DNA from: an uncultured candidate division Zixibacteria bacterium
GTDB taxonomy: Bacteria > Zixibacteria > MSB-5A5 > GN15 > PGXB01
Assembly (NCBI GenBank): GCA_963702205.1
Contig: OY969724.1
Span: forward strand, 3,360,001-3,424,000
Direction of reading: 5' to 3'
Length of the DNA: 64,000 bases
In this document: one piece after another, positions 17,810 through 26,366 of the stretch
Position numbering within the stretch: the stretch's first letter is position 1
Layout of the letters: every line of letters begins with the position of its first letter
The notes under the pieces: model-generated
The model's input: the letters and a program-made list of their open reading frames with translations, nothing else
What the model was told of the DNA's origin: nothing
Database searches by the model: none
Made by a program: the position numbers and the translations under genes

Positions 17810-18756
17810 TGTCTTCTCCCCCGTCGGCGGGCCACGAAAAAGGAAATGTTACCCAGAATAATAAAGGCCATGATAACCACGTGCGCCAGTGTCTGCGGAC
17901 CCATCATACGCAGACCCGGTGTGTCGACATGAGCAAATTGTTTATAATGATGAATCAATTCCGACTCGTATTCGGCGGCGCCTTTAATACCGCCCAATAT
18001 ACCCAGAAGCTGCTTGGGATAGTACGGGTACAATTGCGGCGCCACAACCGCCGCCACTCCGCAGCCGATCGGAACGTTGCCGGGGTCACCGACAAATAAA
18101 ATCCATTCTTTGACACCCGGTTTGCCGCCCCCGATTGATACGATCAGATTTACATCCTGACAGGATCGAATCCTTTTAAATATGGGTATGCTGTCGAGAG
18201 GGACGTTATTGACGTCGGTCGGAAACATCTTACGGAAATTGGAAACGATGACGTTCAGGACGCCTTCATTGCCCGCCTTGTATCCTATATTCGCATAATC
18301 GACGCCATCGACCTTGTCGGGGAATTCCGCTTTAACCACGTTTTGCATGGTTGTGTTCAAAAGCGACTGCCCGGTCGCCCAAAGCGACATGAATATGACC
18401 TTTTGATTCCTGACAAGGCAGTGGCGGGTGATGGCATCGGCCATCGGCTGCACTTCGGGAGCCATGGCCGGGTCGAAATCGTACGATATTAAAACGGTCG
18501 AACCGTCAGGCAAGTCCTCGATTCGGTCAAAAAGCTTTTTAACGATCGGTGTGGCCGTCTCGGCAAACGTAATCGGAAACAGGATCGGCACTGAAACGGA
18601 AATAAATATAAAAAGAAAGACAATCCTGCGGTCCACGTCGCCCGCCTTGATCGACTGAAGCAGCAGCCAGATCATGCCGCCGCCGATAACGACCAGCGAT
18701 ATAATAACACCAAGATCGCTGCCGCTGATGGCGATGATGCGCGGGACCCAGTTCAT
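17806..18756 (-). CDS. Module 2 gene C: membrane-anchored protein with a soluble domain
   Basis: 'DRRIVF', 'SYDFDP..PEVQPMA', 'YPYYPKQLLGILGGIKGAAEYE', 'AHVV'. Start set at ATG 18756, overlapping the gene B stop (TGATG). Confidence 0.88.
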   Translation of the reverse strand: MNWVPRIIAISGSDLGVIISLVVIGGGMIWLLLQSIKAGDVDRRIVFLFIFISVSVPILFPITFAETATPIVKKLFDRIEDLPDGSTVLISYDFDPAMAPEVQPMADAITRHCLVRNQKVIFMSLWATGQSLLNTTMQNVVKAEFPDKVDGVDYANIGYKAGNEGVLNVIVSNFRKMFPTDVNNVPLDSIPIFKRIRSCQDVNLIVSIGGGKPGVKEWILFVGDPGNVPIGCGVAAVVAPQLYPYYPKQLLGILGGIKGAAEYESELIHHYKQFAHVDTPGLRMMGPQTLAHVVIMAFIILGNISFFVARRRGRRQ

Positions 18757-19430
18757 CACTGCTCTTCTCCCAGATAAGATCGCTCGATCCCGAGCAAAAT
18801 TCGGATCGACATGGAAACAACACCCAGCCCGATCCCGATCATAATGGCTCTTTGTCCGGCGAGATTTGGTCCGTTCATAACCCAGATGGCCAGGTTTGGT
18901 ATCTGGAGGATAGAAAACTGATCCGGAACCCACGAGGTAAGCATCGTGCCGAATGGGGTTCGTCCCAGAAGAATAATAAAGGCCCCGATCAGCAGAATAG
19001 TCGCCTCGCGGTTTTTGGCTCGAAAAGCCCGGTACGATGCCGACGCCACAAAAAACGCCAATAGTGCGTACATCGTCGAACCCAGCGGTACCAGTACGAA
19101 ATTAAACAATTCCTGGAATAAAGAATCATCGGCCGTAATCGAAGCGGCGACGCCTCCGGGGTTGCCGATTTTAAACAGCCCGATAGTCAGCATAAAGGCG
19201 AAGCCGATTACGGTCACCAGCGAAAAGCCCCAATCCTCTTTTCTTCCCTGCAGCTTGGATAAGTGTACCCTCAGCAAATTGCCCCCGCCGAGGAAGAAAG
19301 CGAAGACCGCGATAATATCGAAATAGAGCGTAAACGTCTCTTTAAGCGACGTCATAGGCGGAATAAAGACCGATATAATCAGCAAGGCGCCGATGAAAAA
19401 GGTAATTATGAGGGGCACCTGTCGTCTCAT
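18756..19430 (-). CDS. Module 2 gene B: polytopic membrane protein
   Basis: 'MRRQVP', 'TMYALLAFFVASASYRAFRA', 'AGQRAIMIG..RILLGIER'. Confidence 0.88.
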   Translation of the reverse strand: MRRQVPLIITFFIGALLIISVFIPPMTSLKETFTLYFDIIAVFAFFLGGGNLLRVHLSKLQGRKEDWGFSLVTVIGFAFMLTIGLFKIGNPGGVAASITADDSLFQELFNFVLVPLGSTMYALLAFFVASASYRAFRAKNREATILLIGAFIILLGRTPFGTMLTSWVPDQFSILQIPNLAIWVMNGPNLAGQRAIMIGIGLGVVSMSIRILLGIERSYLGEEQ

Positions 19431-19434
19431 GCCA

Positions 19435-20667
19435 TCAATTCGTTCTAAATAAAGAGTTAAGCAGGTCAGCGAATCTCGATATAAAATCTATATGCCAGGT
19501 ATGCCCGATGGTTGTAGCCAGCGCACCGAGAATTATCGCTATCATGGCCAGCGCTTTGCCAACGTCCTGCCCTTTGAGCGACCCCAGCTGCCTCGGTTCG
19601 CCGGAAAGATACGCCGACGCCGCAAACAGTTCTTCACCGATCAGCGTAAAATCGCACGCCGCCACAAAAAACGGAAGCTGCGGCGGATTGGCGGTACCGC
19701 CTATTTGTATAGCACCTATGGAATTGCCCGTCTCGGCCAGGATCAGCGATTCGGCAAAAAAGGCCCCGAGCAAAAATGTCGTGGCCGGTTTCTCCCGGAT
19801 TATCATTCCATCGACTGCCGCCACATAACCGAACTGCTCGTCCGTAATGTACTGTGCCATGTCTTCATTGAAGGCGTCGGGCCGTCCGGCGGCCATGTAG
19901 GCCGCCCTGAGCGTCTCGCGCGACGCGGTCATCACCAGCGACCGCGACACCGGCACTTTTATTTTTGTATCGTAATCGGCCACAACCCTCGCGACCCGTC
20001 CCAGTATGGTCAACCCGGCGATGGTCTGGACGTCGTCCATGTCCTGGATACCGGGCACGAACAAAATGGGACGACCCATCTCGGTGGCCCGGCCGATGGC
20101 TTCATCGACCGCTTCCAGACCCGCAATTTTACGGATAAATAACGATTTGCCGCGCTTGGCCCTGGCGATGAAATATATTACTGCGCCGCAGATGAATAGA
20201 CCGATCAAAAAGAGATTGGTCAAACGGAAATCCAGCCACTCCATGTCCGGAGTTATCGGTGCCGACGGCTCCGACGGTCCCGAACCGCCATCGCAGACAG
20301 CGACGACCTCGTATTCGTACGATTGCCCCGGCTCGACCGATTCATCCTTGTAAAAAGTTGTCCCGGAAACTACGGAATCAATGGAGACAAAATCCCCGTC
20401 GGCCGCTTTGCGCCTCAATATCTGATAGCGAAGAACTTTTCCGGCGGCGTTATCATCGGCCGAAAGAACCCAGCTCAGGTCAACGACGTTGCCTTTGTCG
20501 TAAACGGCGTCGATAGCTTTGACATCGGTCGGAGGCCGGGGGATACAAATTTTGGTGGAATCATTGGGATCGGGTACAATCAGTTCTTCGGCGGCAAGGC
20601 CGGAGACAAGAGAAAGCAATATTATGACAAAAAAAAGCCCACCAATTCTCTGTTGGGAAGTCTTCAT
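19435..20667 (-). CDS. Module 2 gene A: signal peptide + FN3 + DUF6754-like domain
   Basis: 'RKIAGLEAVDEAIGRATEMGRPI', 'FFAESLILAETG', 'CDFTLIGEELFAASAYL'. Confidence 0.88.
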   Translation of the reverse strand: MKTSQQRIGGLFFVIILLSLVSGLAAEELIVPDPNDSTKICIPRPPTDVKAIDAVYDKGNVVDLSWVLSADDNAAGKVLRYQILRRKAADGDFVSIDSVVSGTTFYKDESVEPGQSYEYEVVAVCDGGSGPSEPSAPITPDMEWLDFRLTNLFLIGLFICGAVIYFIARAKRGKSLFIRKIAGLEAVDEAIGRATEMGRPILFVPGIQDMDDVQTIAGLTILGRVARVVADYDTKIKVPVSRSLVMTASRETLRAAYMAAGRPDAFNEDMAQYITDEQFGYVAAVDGMIIREKPATTFLLGAFFAESLILAETGNSIGAIQIGGTANPPQLPFFVAACDFTLIGEELFAASAYLSGEPRQLGSLKGQDVGKALAMIAIILGALATTIGHTWHIDFISRFADLLNSLFRTN

Positions 20668-20670
20668 AAA

Positions 20671-21318
20671 TTAGCTGATAAGGTGCAGCCAGTCCCCGAA
20701 GATGAAATACATCCGTCCTATTAATAGCGACATACGGCTCATAACGGTGTATCCGAAGGAAGCACCGAAAGTTATCATGATGATCCAGATACCAATCTTG
20801 GCCGCTCCGCCAAAAGCTCCCTTATGTTCCTTGGAGAAGAAAAAGTATACCAGGCCGGTAAACGTTCCCCCTGCGATAAAGATATTCGAGATAATATCAA
20901 AAGTCGAACTTGAGAAAAGGGGATCACTATAGCTGGCGCTGAACAAGGGCGTGATGGTACTTTGTACCTGCAGCATTACGTTGGATGAGAAGTAATTCAA
21001 AAGGTAAAACCCTGAAATGGCTCCGACTACGAACGACAGCGGCCAGCGGGAAATCCACCCTATCCGGGGAACGAGCCTGAGCAACATCAATATGCCGAGA
21101 ATGGCCCCGACAAAGAGGTAATATTCATGACGGTCAAAAACGCCTATCCAGAATTTCCCCACGATATTGTCCCAGAAAAGTGCGACAAACCAGTATCCCG
21201 CCGAGACGCCAACGAAAATCGCTTCGGTCAGTTTGTACCACGGATTATCTTTGTACAAAAATGATATGATGCCGAGGGTAAGAAAGGCGGCGACCCAAAG
21301 TCCGATCTGCTGTTCCAT
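20671..21318 (-). CDS. Module 1 gene D: polytopic membrane protein
   Basis: 'SFLYKDNPWYKLTEAIFVGVSAGY', 'YFFFSKEH', 'FGASFGYTVMSRMSLL'. Start overlaps the gene C stop. Confidence 0.88.
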   Translation of the reverse strand: MEQQIGLWVAAFLTLGIISFLYKDNPWYKLTEAIFVGVSAGYWFVALFWDNIVGKFWIGVFDRHEYYLFVGAILGILMLLRLVPRIGWISRWPLSFVVGAISGFYLLNYFSSNVMLQVQSTITPLFSASYSDPLFSSSTFDIISNIFIAGGTFTGLVYFFFSKEHKGAFGGAAKIGIWIIMITFGASFGYTVMSRMSLLIGRMYFIFGDWLHLIS

Positions 21319-22325
21319 CAGGACGCCCCTCCCGAACGGAGATTACGTTTTTTATCACCCAGGAAGAAAGCGGCATTGCCGATTATAATAAAGGCGATCA
21401 CGACCACGTGCGCAAAAGACTGCGACACCATAAATCGAGTCCCTTTGGCGATTCGCCTGGTGACTTTCTCGAATTCGGCCGCGCCGTTTAATCCTCCCAA
21501 TAAACCGTGCAACTGCCCGGCTCTGAGGTAAGGATACATCGCCGGAGCTTGTACGGCTGTGTTGCCGGCTCCCATTTTAAGACCGTAACGGTCGACGGCC
21601 ACCTGAACCCATTCCTGCGTACCGGGATAACCGGCGGAGAGGTTAAAGGCGAAATCTATATTGCTGAAATTTTTTATATTTCTGACCAGCGGCAGAGAGT
21701 CATAAGGAGTACCATAGAAATCATTGTGAAACATGCTCTCGAAATCTCCACCCATACGTTGTATGACGAATTCATTCCCGGCTTGGTACCCCAAATTCAC
21801 GTAATCGGTCCCGTACTTCCATGATTTCCCTGCAAAACTTTTTTCGTGCAATATCGTCTGCATGGCCATATCGGCCTGTTGCGGTCCTTGCGGCCAGAGT
21901 CCCATGATAACTATTTTCAGATCGCGTTCGATACACAAGGCAAAAAACGACTCAGCCATAGGCTGCAGCTCAGGCGCCGAAGGAGGGTCGTAGTCGAAAG
22001 ACACCAGCACTTTGGAGCCCGGTTTGAGAGCCATCACGGCGTCATACAGAGATTGCACTTCGGGAGAGACTCTGATCGGCTGCTCAATTGTCATAAAAAA
22101 CGGCAAAATAACGGCGGCCCCGACAAAGATAAAGACAACGCGCCGGTCCACCAGATTGCCCAGTATCGTGCGGACAAGTATAAGCAGCAGGACCAGTATT
22201 ATAAAAACTATGATAATAATCGAAGCGGTCGGCCCGAGGACTATTGGCTCGGTTATGACGAAATATCCGATGAGTGCCAGTGCCAGCAATATTAAATATG
22301 CTATTATCTGCTTAAGCACGATCAA
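21318..22325 (-). CDS. Module 1 gene C: membrane-anchored protein with a soluble domain
   Basis: Three N-terminal hydrophobic helices, 'SFDYDP..PELQPMA', 'YPYLRAGQLHGLLGGLNGAAEFE', 'AHVV'. Confidence 0.88.
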   Translation of the reverse strand: MIVLKQIIAYLILLALALIGYFVITEPIVLGPTASIIIIVFIILVLLLILVRTILGNLVDRRVVFIFVGAAVILPFFMTIEQPIRVSPEVQSLYDAVMALKPGSKVLVSFDYDPPSAPELQPMAESFFALCIERDLKIVIMGLWPQGPQQADMAMQTILHEKSFAGKSWKYGTDYVNLGYQAGNEFVIQRMGGDFESMFHNDFYGTPYDSLPLVRNIKNFSNIDFAFNLSAGYPGTQEWVQVAVDRYGLKMGAGNTAVQAPAMYPYLRAGQLHGLLGGLNGAAEFEKVTRRIAKGTRFMVSQSFAHVVVIAFIIIGNAAFFLGDKKRNLRSGGAS

Positions 22326-22990
22326 TCTCCACCGAGGTGCGCCCGTTCGATACCCAGAATGACGCGTATCGACGTGGACACGACACCCAAAGCGATGCCT
22401 ATCATAATGGCCCGTTGCCCGGCTGTGTTAAACACATTCATAATCCAGGTTGATATGTTCGACGGATAAAGCGAGGGAGGATACATATGGTTTCCCCATT
22501 GGAGCTTCATGGCTATCGCATCTCCGACCGGTACCCGTCCGATCATGACCAGAAAAGCGGCCAGGAGAAGCAACGTAGCGTCGAAATTTCTCGCCCTGAA
22601 GGCCCGATACGAGGCCGACGCCACGAAAAAGGCAAGCAGGGCAAACATGGTCGATGACAGAGGAGTATAGACATATTGATACAGCCAGTCGAATTTAGTC
22701 CCGATATCGCGGAAAGCCGCGCCCCCGGCAAAACCTACAATGGCCATAACCAGGAAACAAGCGATTATGACCAGGGAATAAAACCAATCCTCTCGCTTGC
22801 GATAAACTCTATCGGCCGAGACTTTAAGCAGATTCAAAGCCCCCAGCCAGATCGCGCAGGCGGCAATAATCGAAAACCAGTCCGAAAACCAGTTATTCAG
22901 TTGATTGAACGGATAGTGCGGAATAAAGTACTGGACGACGAAAACGACGCCGACGATGCCGGTGATCAAAAGTGGAACTTCTCTTCTCAC
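22322..22990 (-). CDS. Module 1 gene B: polytopic membrane protein
   Basis: GTG start 'MRREVP', 'TMFALLAFFVASASYRAFRAR', 'AGQRAIMIG..RVILGIER'. Confidence 0.88.
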   Translation of the reverse strand: MRREVPLLITGIVGVVFVVQYFIPHYPFNQLNNWFSDWFSIIAACAIWLGALNLLKVSADRVYRKREDWFYSLVIIACFLVMAIVGFAGGAAFRDIGTKFDWLYQYVYTPLSSTMFALLAFFVASASYRAFRARNFDATLLLLAAFLVMIGRVPVGDAIAMKLQWGNHMYPPSLYPSNISTWIMNVFNTAGQRAIMIGIALGVVSTSIRVILGIERAHLGGD

Positions 22991-23002
22991 AATCCGATCC
23001 TT

Positions 23003-24238
23003 TTACCTGACTGAAAACCAGGTTGAAATCTGGAAAATACTGAACGATTCCAGAATCAAGCCCAGAATTATAAAAACCAAAATGGCCGCTTTACCCATAT
23101 CCTGCCCTTTGAGGGAACCGAGCAATTTCGGCTCTTTCGACAGGTAGGCCGAAGCGGCGAACAATTCTTCACCGATTAACGTATAGTCACAGGCTGCGAC
23201 AAAAAACGGCAGCTGTGACGGCTGGGCCGTGCCGGCGATCTGAATGGCCCCGGCGGCGTTACCGGTTTCGGCCATAATCAACGACTCGGCGAAAAAGGCA
23301 CCCATATAAAATATCGTGGCCGGTTTTTCGCGCACGATCATGCCATCAATGGCGGCGGCATACCCGAACTGATCGTCGGTGAGATAATGCACCTGATTGT
23401 CGTTAAAAGCATCGGGCCTTCCGGCTTTGACATAAGCCTCTTTCACGATTTCCCTGGCCGTAATCAATACCAGCGATTTGCACACCGGCACTTCTATCCA
23501 GGTCTCGTACTCGGCGGCCAACTGGGCGACCCGGCCGAGGATTGTCACGCCGGCAATGGTCTGGACATTATCCATGTCATTGATTCCGGGCACATAAAAT
23601 ATCTTGCGACCCATCTCCGTCGCACGACCGACGGCTTCATCGACCGAATCGAGCCCGGCGATCTTGCGGATGAAAAGCTCTTTGCCGCCTTTGGCTTTGG
23701 TAATAAAATAAAGTATGGCGCCGCAGATGAAAATGACGCCGATAAATACATTTAATCTTCTGAGATCAAACCACTGTGCCGATGATTTGACGGGGCCAAC
23801 CGGTTCCGAATCGGCCTGCACCTGCCATATCAGTTTGCCGTTGTCCTGCAGGGCATTGACGGCCGCGACTTTGTAAAAATACGGGGTTCCGTCGACGGTG
23901 CCGTTATCAAAAAATTCATGATTACCTGAGGTTACATCGCCGACGATTTCATACTCGCCGTCGCGCGAACCCGATCGCAATATGACATAAGAAGTGACTT
24001 TACCGAGATCATCGTCCGGCGACTTATTCCAGGTCAACATGACCGAGCCGCCGTCGTCGTTGGGATTATCCTTTACGACCAGATTGCTGACCGCCCGGGG
24101 CGTCGAGCCTTCCGGGGCCGTCATGGTGGAATCGACAAAAACCGTGTCGGTCGGTTGAGGGGTATCCTGGGCAATGGCAAAATTGCAGAAGATTAAAAGT
24201 AGTGCGACAAGGGCGGTAAAGTTAAGCAATTTTGACAT
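23003..24238 (-). CDS. Module 1 gene A: signal peptide + FN3 + DUF6754-like domain
   Basis: Signal peptide ending 'AIA-Q'; FN3 'MLTW.KSPDD..YVILRS..YFYKVAA'; 'RKIAGLDSVDEAVGRATEMG'; 'CDYTLIGEELFAASAYL'. Confidence 0.9.
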   Translation of the reverse strand: MSKLLNFTALVALLLIFCNFAIAQDTPQPTDTVFVDSTMTAPEGSTPRAVSNLVVKDNPNDDGGSVMLTWNKSPDDDLGKVTSYVILRSGSRDGEYEIVGDVTSGNHEFFDNGTVDGTPYFYKVAAVNALQDNGKLIWQVQADSEPVGPVKSSAQWFDLRRLNVFIGVIFICGAILYFITKAKGGKELFIRKIAGLDSVDEAVGRATEMGRKIFYVPGINDMDNVQTIAGVTILGRVAQLAAEYETWIEVPVCKSLVLITAREIVKEAYVKAGRPDAFNDNQVHYLTDDQFGYAAAIDGMIVREKPATIFYMGAFFAESLIMAETGNAAGAIQIAGTAQPSQLPFFVAACDYTLIGEELFAASAYLSKEPKLLGSLKGQDMGKAAILVFIILGLILESFSIFQISTWFSVR

Positions 24239-24394
24239 ACCTCAGGTTCCAATAATAAAAAGCTCACTACCCGGATGGCTAATACCCGATTGTGAGACGA
24301 ATCATCTTAGTCCTTTATCCAAAACCCAATTAAAAAATTCGTACACTATTTACTGCTTAGTTAAAATCGTTGCCGGTTCCAACCGGAAGGTCTT

Positions 24395-24423
24395 AATCTA
24401 AAATTAACATTGGGTTGTGTCAA
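24395..24423 (-). promoter_or_regulatory. Sigma70 promoter of the 12-gene membrane operon
   Basis: Minus strand TTGACA-N17-TAGATT, implying a leader of about 150 nt. Confidence 0.65.
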
Positions 24424-24468
24424 GTGTAAAAAGTGATATTGAAGCGATAAGAATAATGATGTCAGGGC

Positions 24469-24496
24469 TTGACAAAATCGGATCTTCTATTAAATT
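24469..24496 (+). promoter_or_regulatory. Divergent sigma70 promoter with no downstream plus-strand gene
   Basis: TTGACA-N16-TAAATT, directly upstream of a long hairpin plus T-tract. Confidence 0.5.
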
Positions 24497-24502
24497 ATTG
24501 TT

Positions 24503-24578
24503 GGAAGTTTACCGGAAGCAACTGACGGAGATCTCCCCCTCTGTCCCCGTCACTCCTACTCGGTAGGCTTCCTTTTTT
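24503..24578 (+). ncRNA. Candidate small RNA of about 75 nt with a C-rich loop
   Basis: Outer stem GGAAGTTTACCG/CGGTAGGCTTCC, inner stem TGACGG/CCGTCA around a loop containing TCTCCCCCTC, followed by TTTTTT. Promoter immediately upstream. Confidence 0.45.
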
Positions 24579-24596
24579 ATTGGAATCGAAAGGGAT

Positions 24597-24848
24597 TTAT
24601 TTGAAGAGAGCCTCGATCGGACGGGCCCGAACAAACAACTCTTTATCTTCGGCTTTCATAAGATTGTGGGCCCGCGGCCCTCGCGGACCATCACTGATGT
24701 CGAAAATAACTTCCAGGCCGACTCTAAGTTCACTGAATTTAAGACGCTTCATCCAACGCTGATGAAAGAAGATTTTTCGTCCGTCTTCGGCCTCAATGAA
24801 ACCATAGCCGTTTTCTTTGACGATTTCGACGATTGTTCCCTGAATCAT
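24597..24848 (-). CDS. Cold-shock domain protein
   Basis: RNP1 'GYGFI', RNP2 'IFFH', 'GPRGPRA'. Confidence 0.88.
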   Translation of the reverse strand: MIQGTIVEIVKENGYGFIEAEDGRKIFFHQRWMKRLKFSELRVGLEVIFDISDGPRGPRAHNLMKAEDKELFVRARPIEALFK

Positions 24849-24909
24849 AAGATCGCGATTTTTAAATTTTCGAAATTACCGGGACCGTCCCGAGTTTCAG
24901 TTCAGCCGA

Positions 24910-25347
24910 TTACATGGTCCTGAAACTATAAATTTTCCAGCGACCGTTTATCTTGTGCAATCCGAATTTGTTAAAATACTGAATGCCTTTGGCCTTATCC
25001 ACGAATGAGATTTCAACAAAAGCGGTGTCACCTTTTATATCGGCCGAACCGACCACTCTCTGAAGTGCGAACCACCGTTGCCGCGTCACACCGTCGCCGG
25101 TCAAATCGTCCAGGACTTCGTCCGGGCTGTGAAACACCCTCGGCGAATCGGCCGCGAGGGCGTAATCCTCCGGGCTCTCCTGCATCAGCGATGGCAGATC
25201 AAGAATATCATTGACGGCGGCGCGGTCGTTGCGTTCCATGGCGCCGAATAAATGGATGACGGTATTGCGCGGTGAATCCTGAGGTTCCCCGCACGAAACG
25301 GTCACCATAAAAAGCAAAAACAATATTAATGTAATTCTTACGGTCAT
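24910..25347 (-). CDS. Hypothetical lipoprotein (possibly NTF2-like)
   Basis: Lipobox 'TVSC'; C-terminal 'LHKINGRWKI'; coupled to the upstream gene (TGATG). Confidence 0.7.
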   Translation of the reverse strand: MTVRITLILFLLFMVTVSCGEPQDSPRNTVIHLFGAMERNDRAAVNDILDLPSLMQESPEDYALAADSPRVFHSPDEVLDDLTGDGVTRQRWFALQRVVGSADIKGDTAFVEISFVDKAKGIQYFNKFGLHKINGRWKIYSFRTM

Positions 25348-26321
25348 CAGAATGTATCAAAGCCTCCCGATATTGTCAGCCTGTGGCTGGTACCCAGCTC
25401 CGCCTGCGGTGACAAGGCATAAGAAAAATTGATTTTTTTGTAATCGACTCCGAACCCGACCGAAAACCCGGCCAGATCGTCCTTGCTTGAATCGGTTTTA
25501 AAATTATTACCGAAACTCGACCACCCGACTCTCAAAAACAACGGCTTGATTTCCAGATACTCGATTCCGATGGCGCCGTAGGCGTCGTTGTCGCGAGGCA
25601 GAACACCATCGACGGCAATCATAATGGGCAGACCCTTGGGACGGTGCGCGGCGCCGACGCGGAACCGCAGAGGAAGCGGGTCTTTCACGCCGCCGTCGAC
25701 AAACGACTGCAATTGAAAGCCGAGATTTTGTATGGCGGCCCCGAATATCGTGCGACCGCGAGTCGTTTCATAACGGACACCCAGATCGAATGCAACCGCC
25801 GATGCCGAAAAAGCGTCGATCTTTTCGTAAATAAGCTTCCCCGCGATACCGGCGGAAATGTTTTCATTCATCGGACGTGAGTACCCCACCGCTAAAAGCA
25901 TGTCTCCGCCGGAGAAAGTGCCGTCGGAAACTCCGGCATCGTCGGCCCGAACAAACTCTCCGTAATTCAGATAATTTATGTATGAAAATAAGTATTGCCC
26001 GTTCTTGATCGGGTGCATGTATCCCAAAAATCCGGATTGCATGTCAAAGACGTAATTGTGATAACCGGCGATAAAATGCCGCCCCTCCAGTTTGACGACA
26101 CCGGCCGGATTGTAGTACATCGCCGATTCATCGTCGGCCGCCGCGGTATAGGCCCCTGCCAGGGCCTGCGGTCGGGCACCCATATCGATCTTGAGAAAAT
26201 CGAAAACGCTGGTACCGACGTTGGAATTGTTTTGGTCGGCTCTGACGTCTTGTATTCCGATACCCAGCCCGAGAACTGCCAGCCACAACAGGATATTCCG
26301 GTATTTCATGGTACTTCGCAT
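25347..26321 (-). CDS. PorV/PorQ-family outer-membrane beta-barrel (T9SS-associated, FadL-like)
   Basis: Signal peptide, 'FLKIDMGARPQALAGAYTA.ADD.SAMYYNPAG', amphipathic strands, 'THR'-like 'SHRLTI' near the C-terminus. The true start may be ATG 26309. Confidence 0.85.
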   Translation of the reverse strand: MRSTMKYRNILLWLAVLGLGIGIQDVRADQNNSNVGTSVFDFLKIDMGARPQALAGAYTAAADDESAMYYNPAGVVKLEGRHFIAGYHNYVFDMQSGFLGYMHPIKNGQYLFSYINYLNYGEFVRADDAGVSDGTFSGGDMLLAVGYSRPMNENISAGIAGKLIYEKIDAFSASAVAFDLGVRYETTRGRTIFGAAIQNLGFQLQSFVDGGVKDPLPLRFRVGAAHRPKGLPIMIAVDGVLPRDNDAYGAIGIEYLEIKPLFLRVGWSSFGNNFKTDSSKDDLAGFSVGFGVDYKKINFSYALSPQAELGTSHRLTISGGFDTF

Positions 26322-26366
26322 GGTTTGTCCATTATTGTTTGTTATACGGTTTAAATCAATATAAAA

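Noticed and set aside
17806..18933. ORF-track starts for several genes (18933, 15097, 7507, 5821, 26930, 48603, 30037, 38068, 8092)
   Set aside because: The extensions overlap upstream genes or promoters and lack RBS or homology support, so downstream starts were used.
13379..24238. Assembly artefact, or a known ABC, TRAP, ECF, Rnf or Mrp system
   Set aside because: The three copies are strongly diverged with different lengths, so they are not collapsed or duplicated reads. No ATPase, solute-binding-protein, Fe-S or antiporter-subunit motifs are recognisable.
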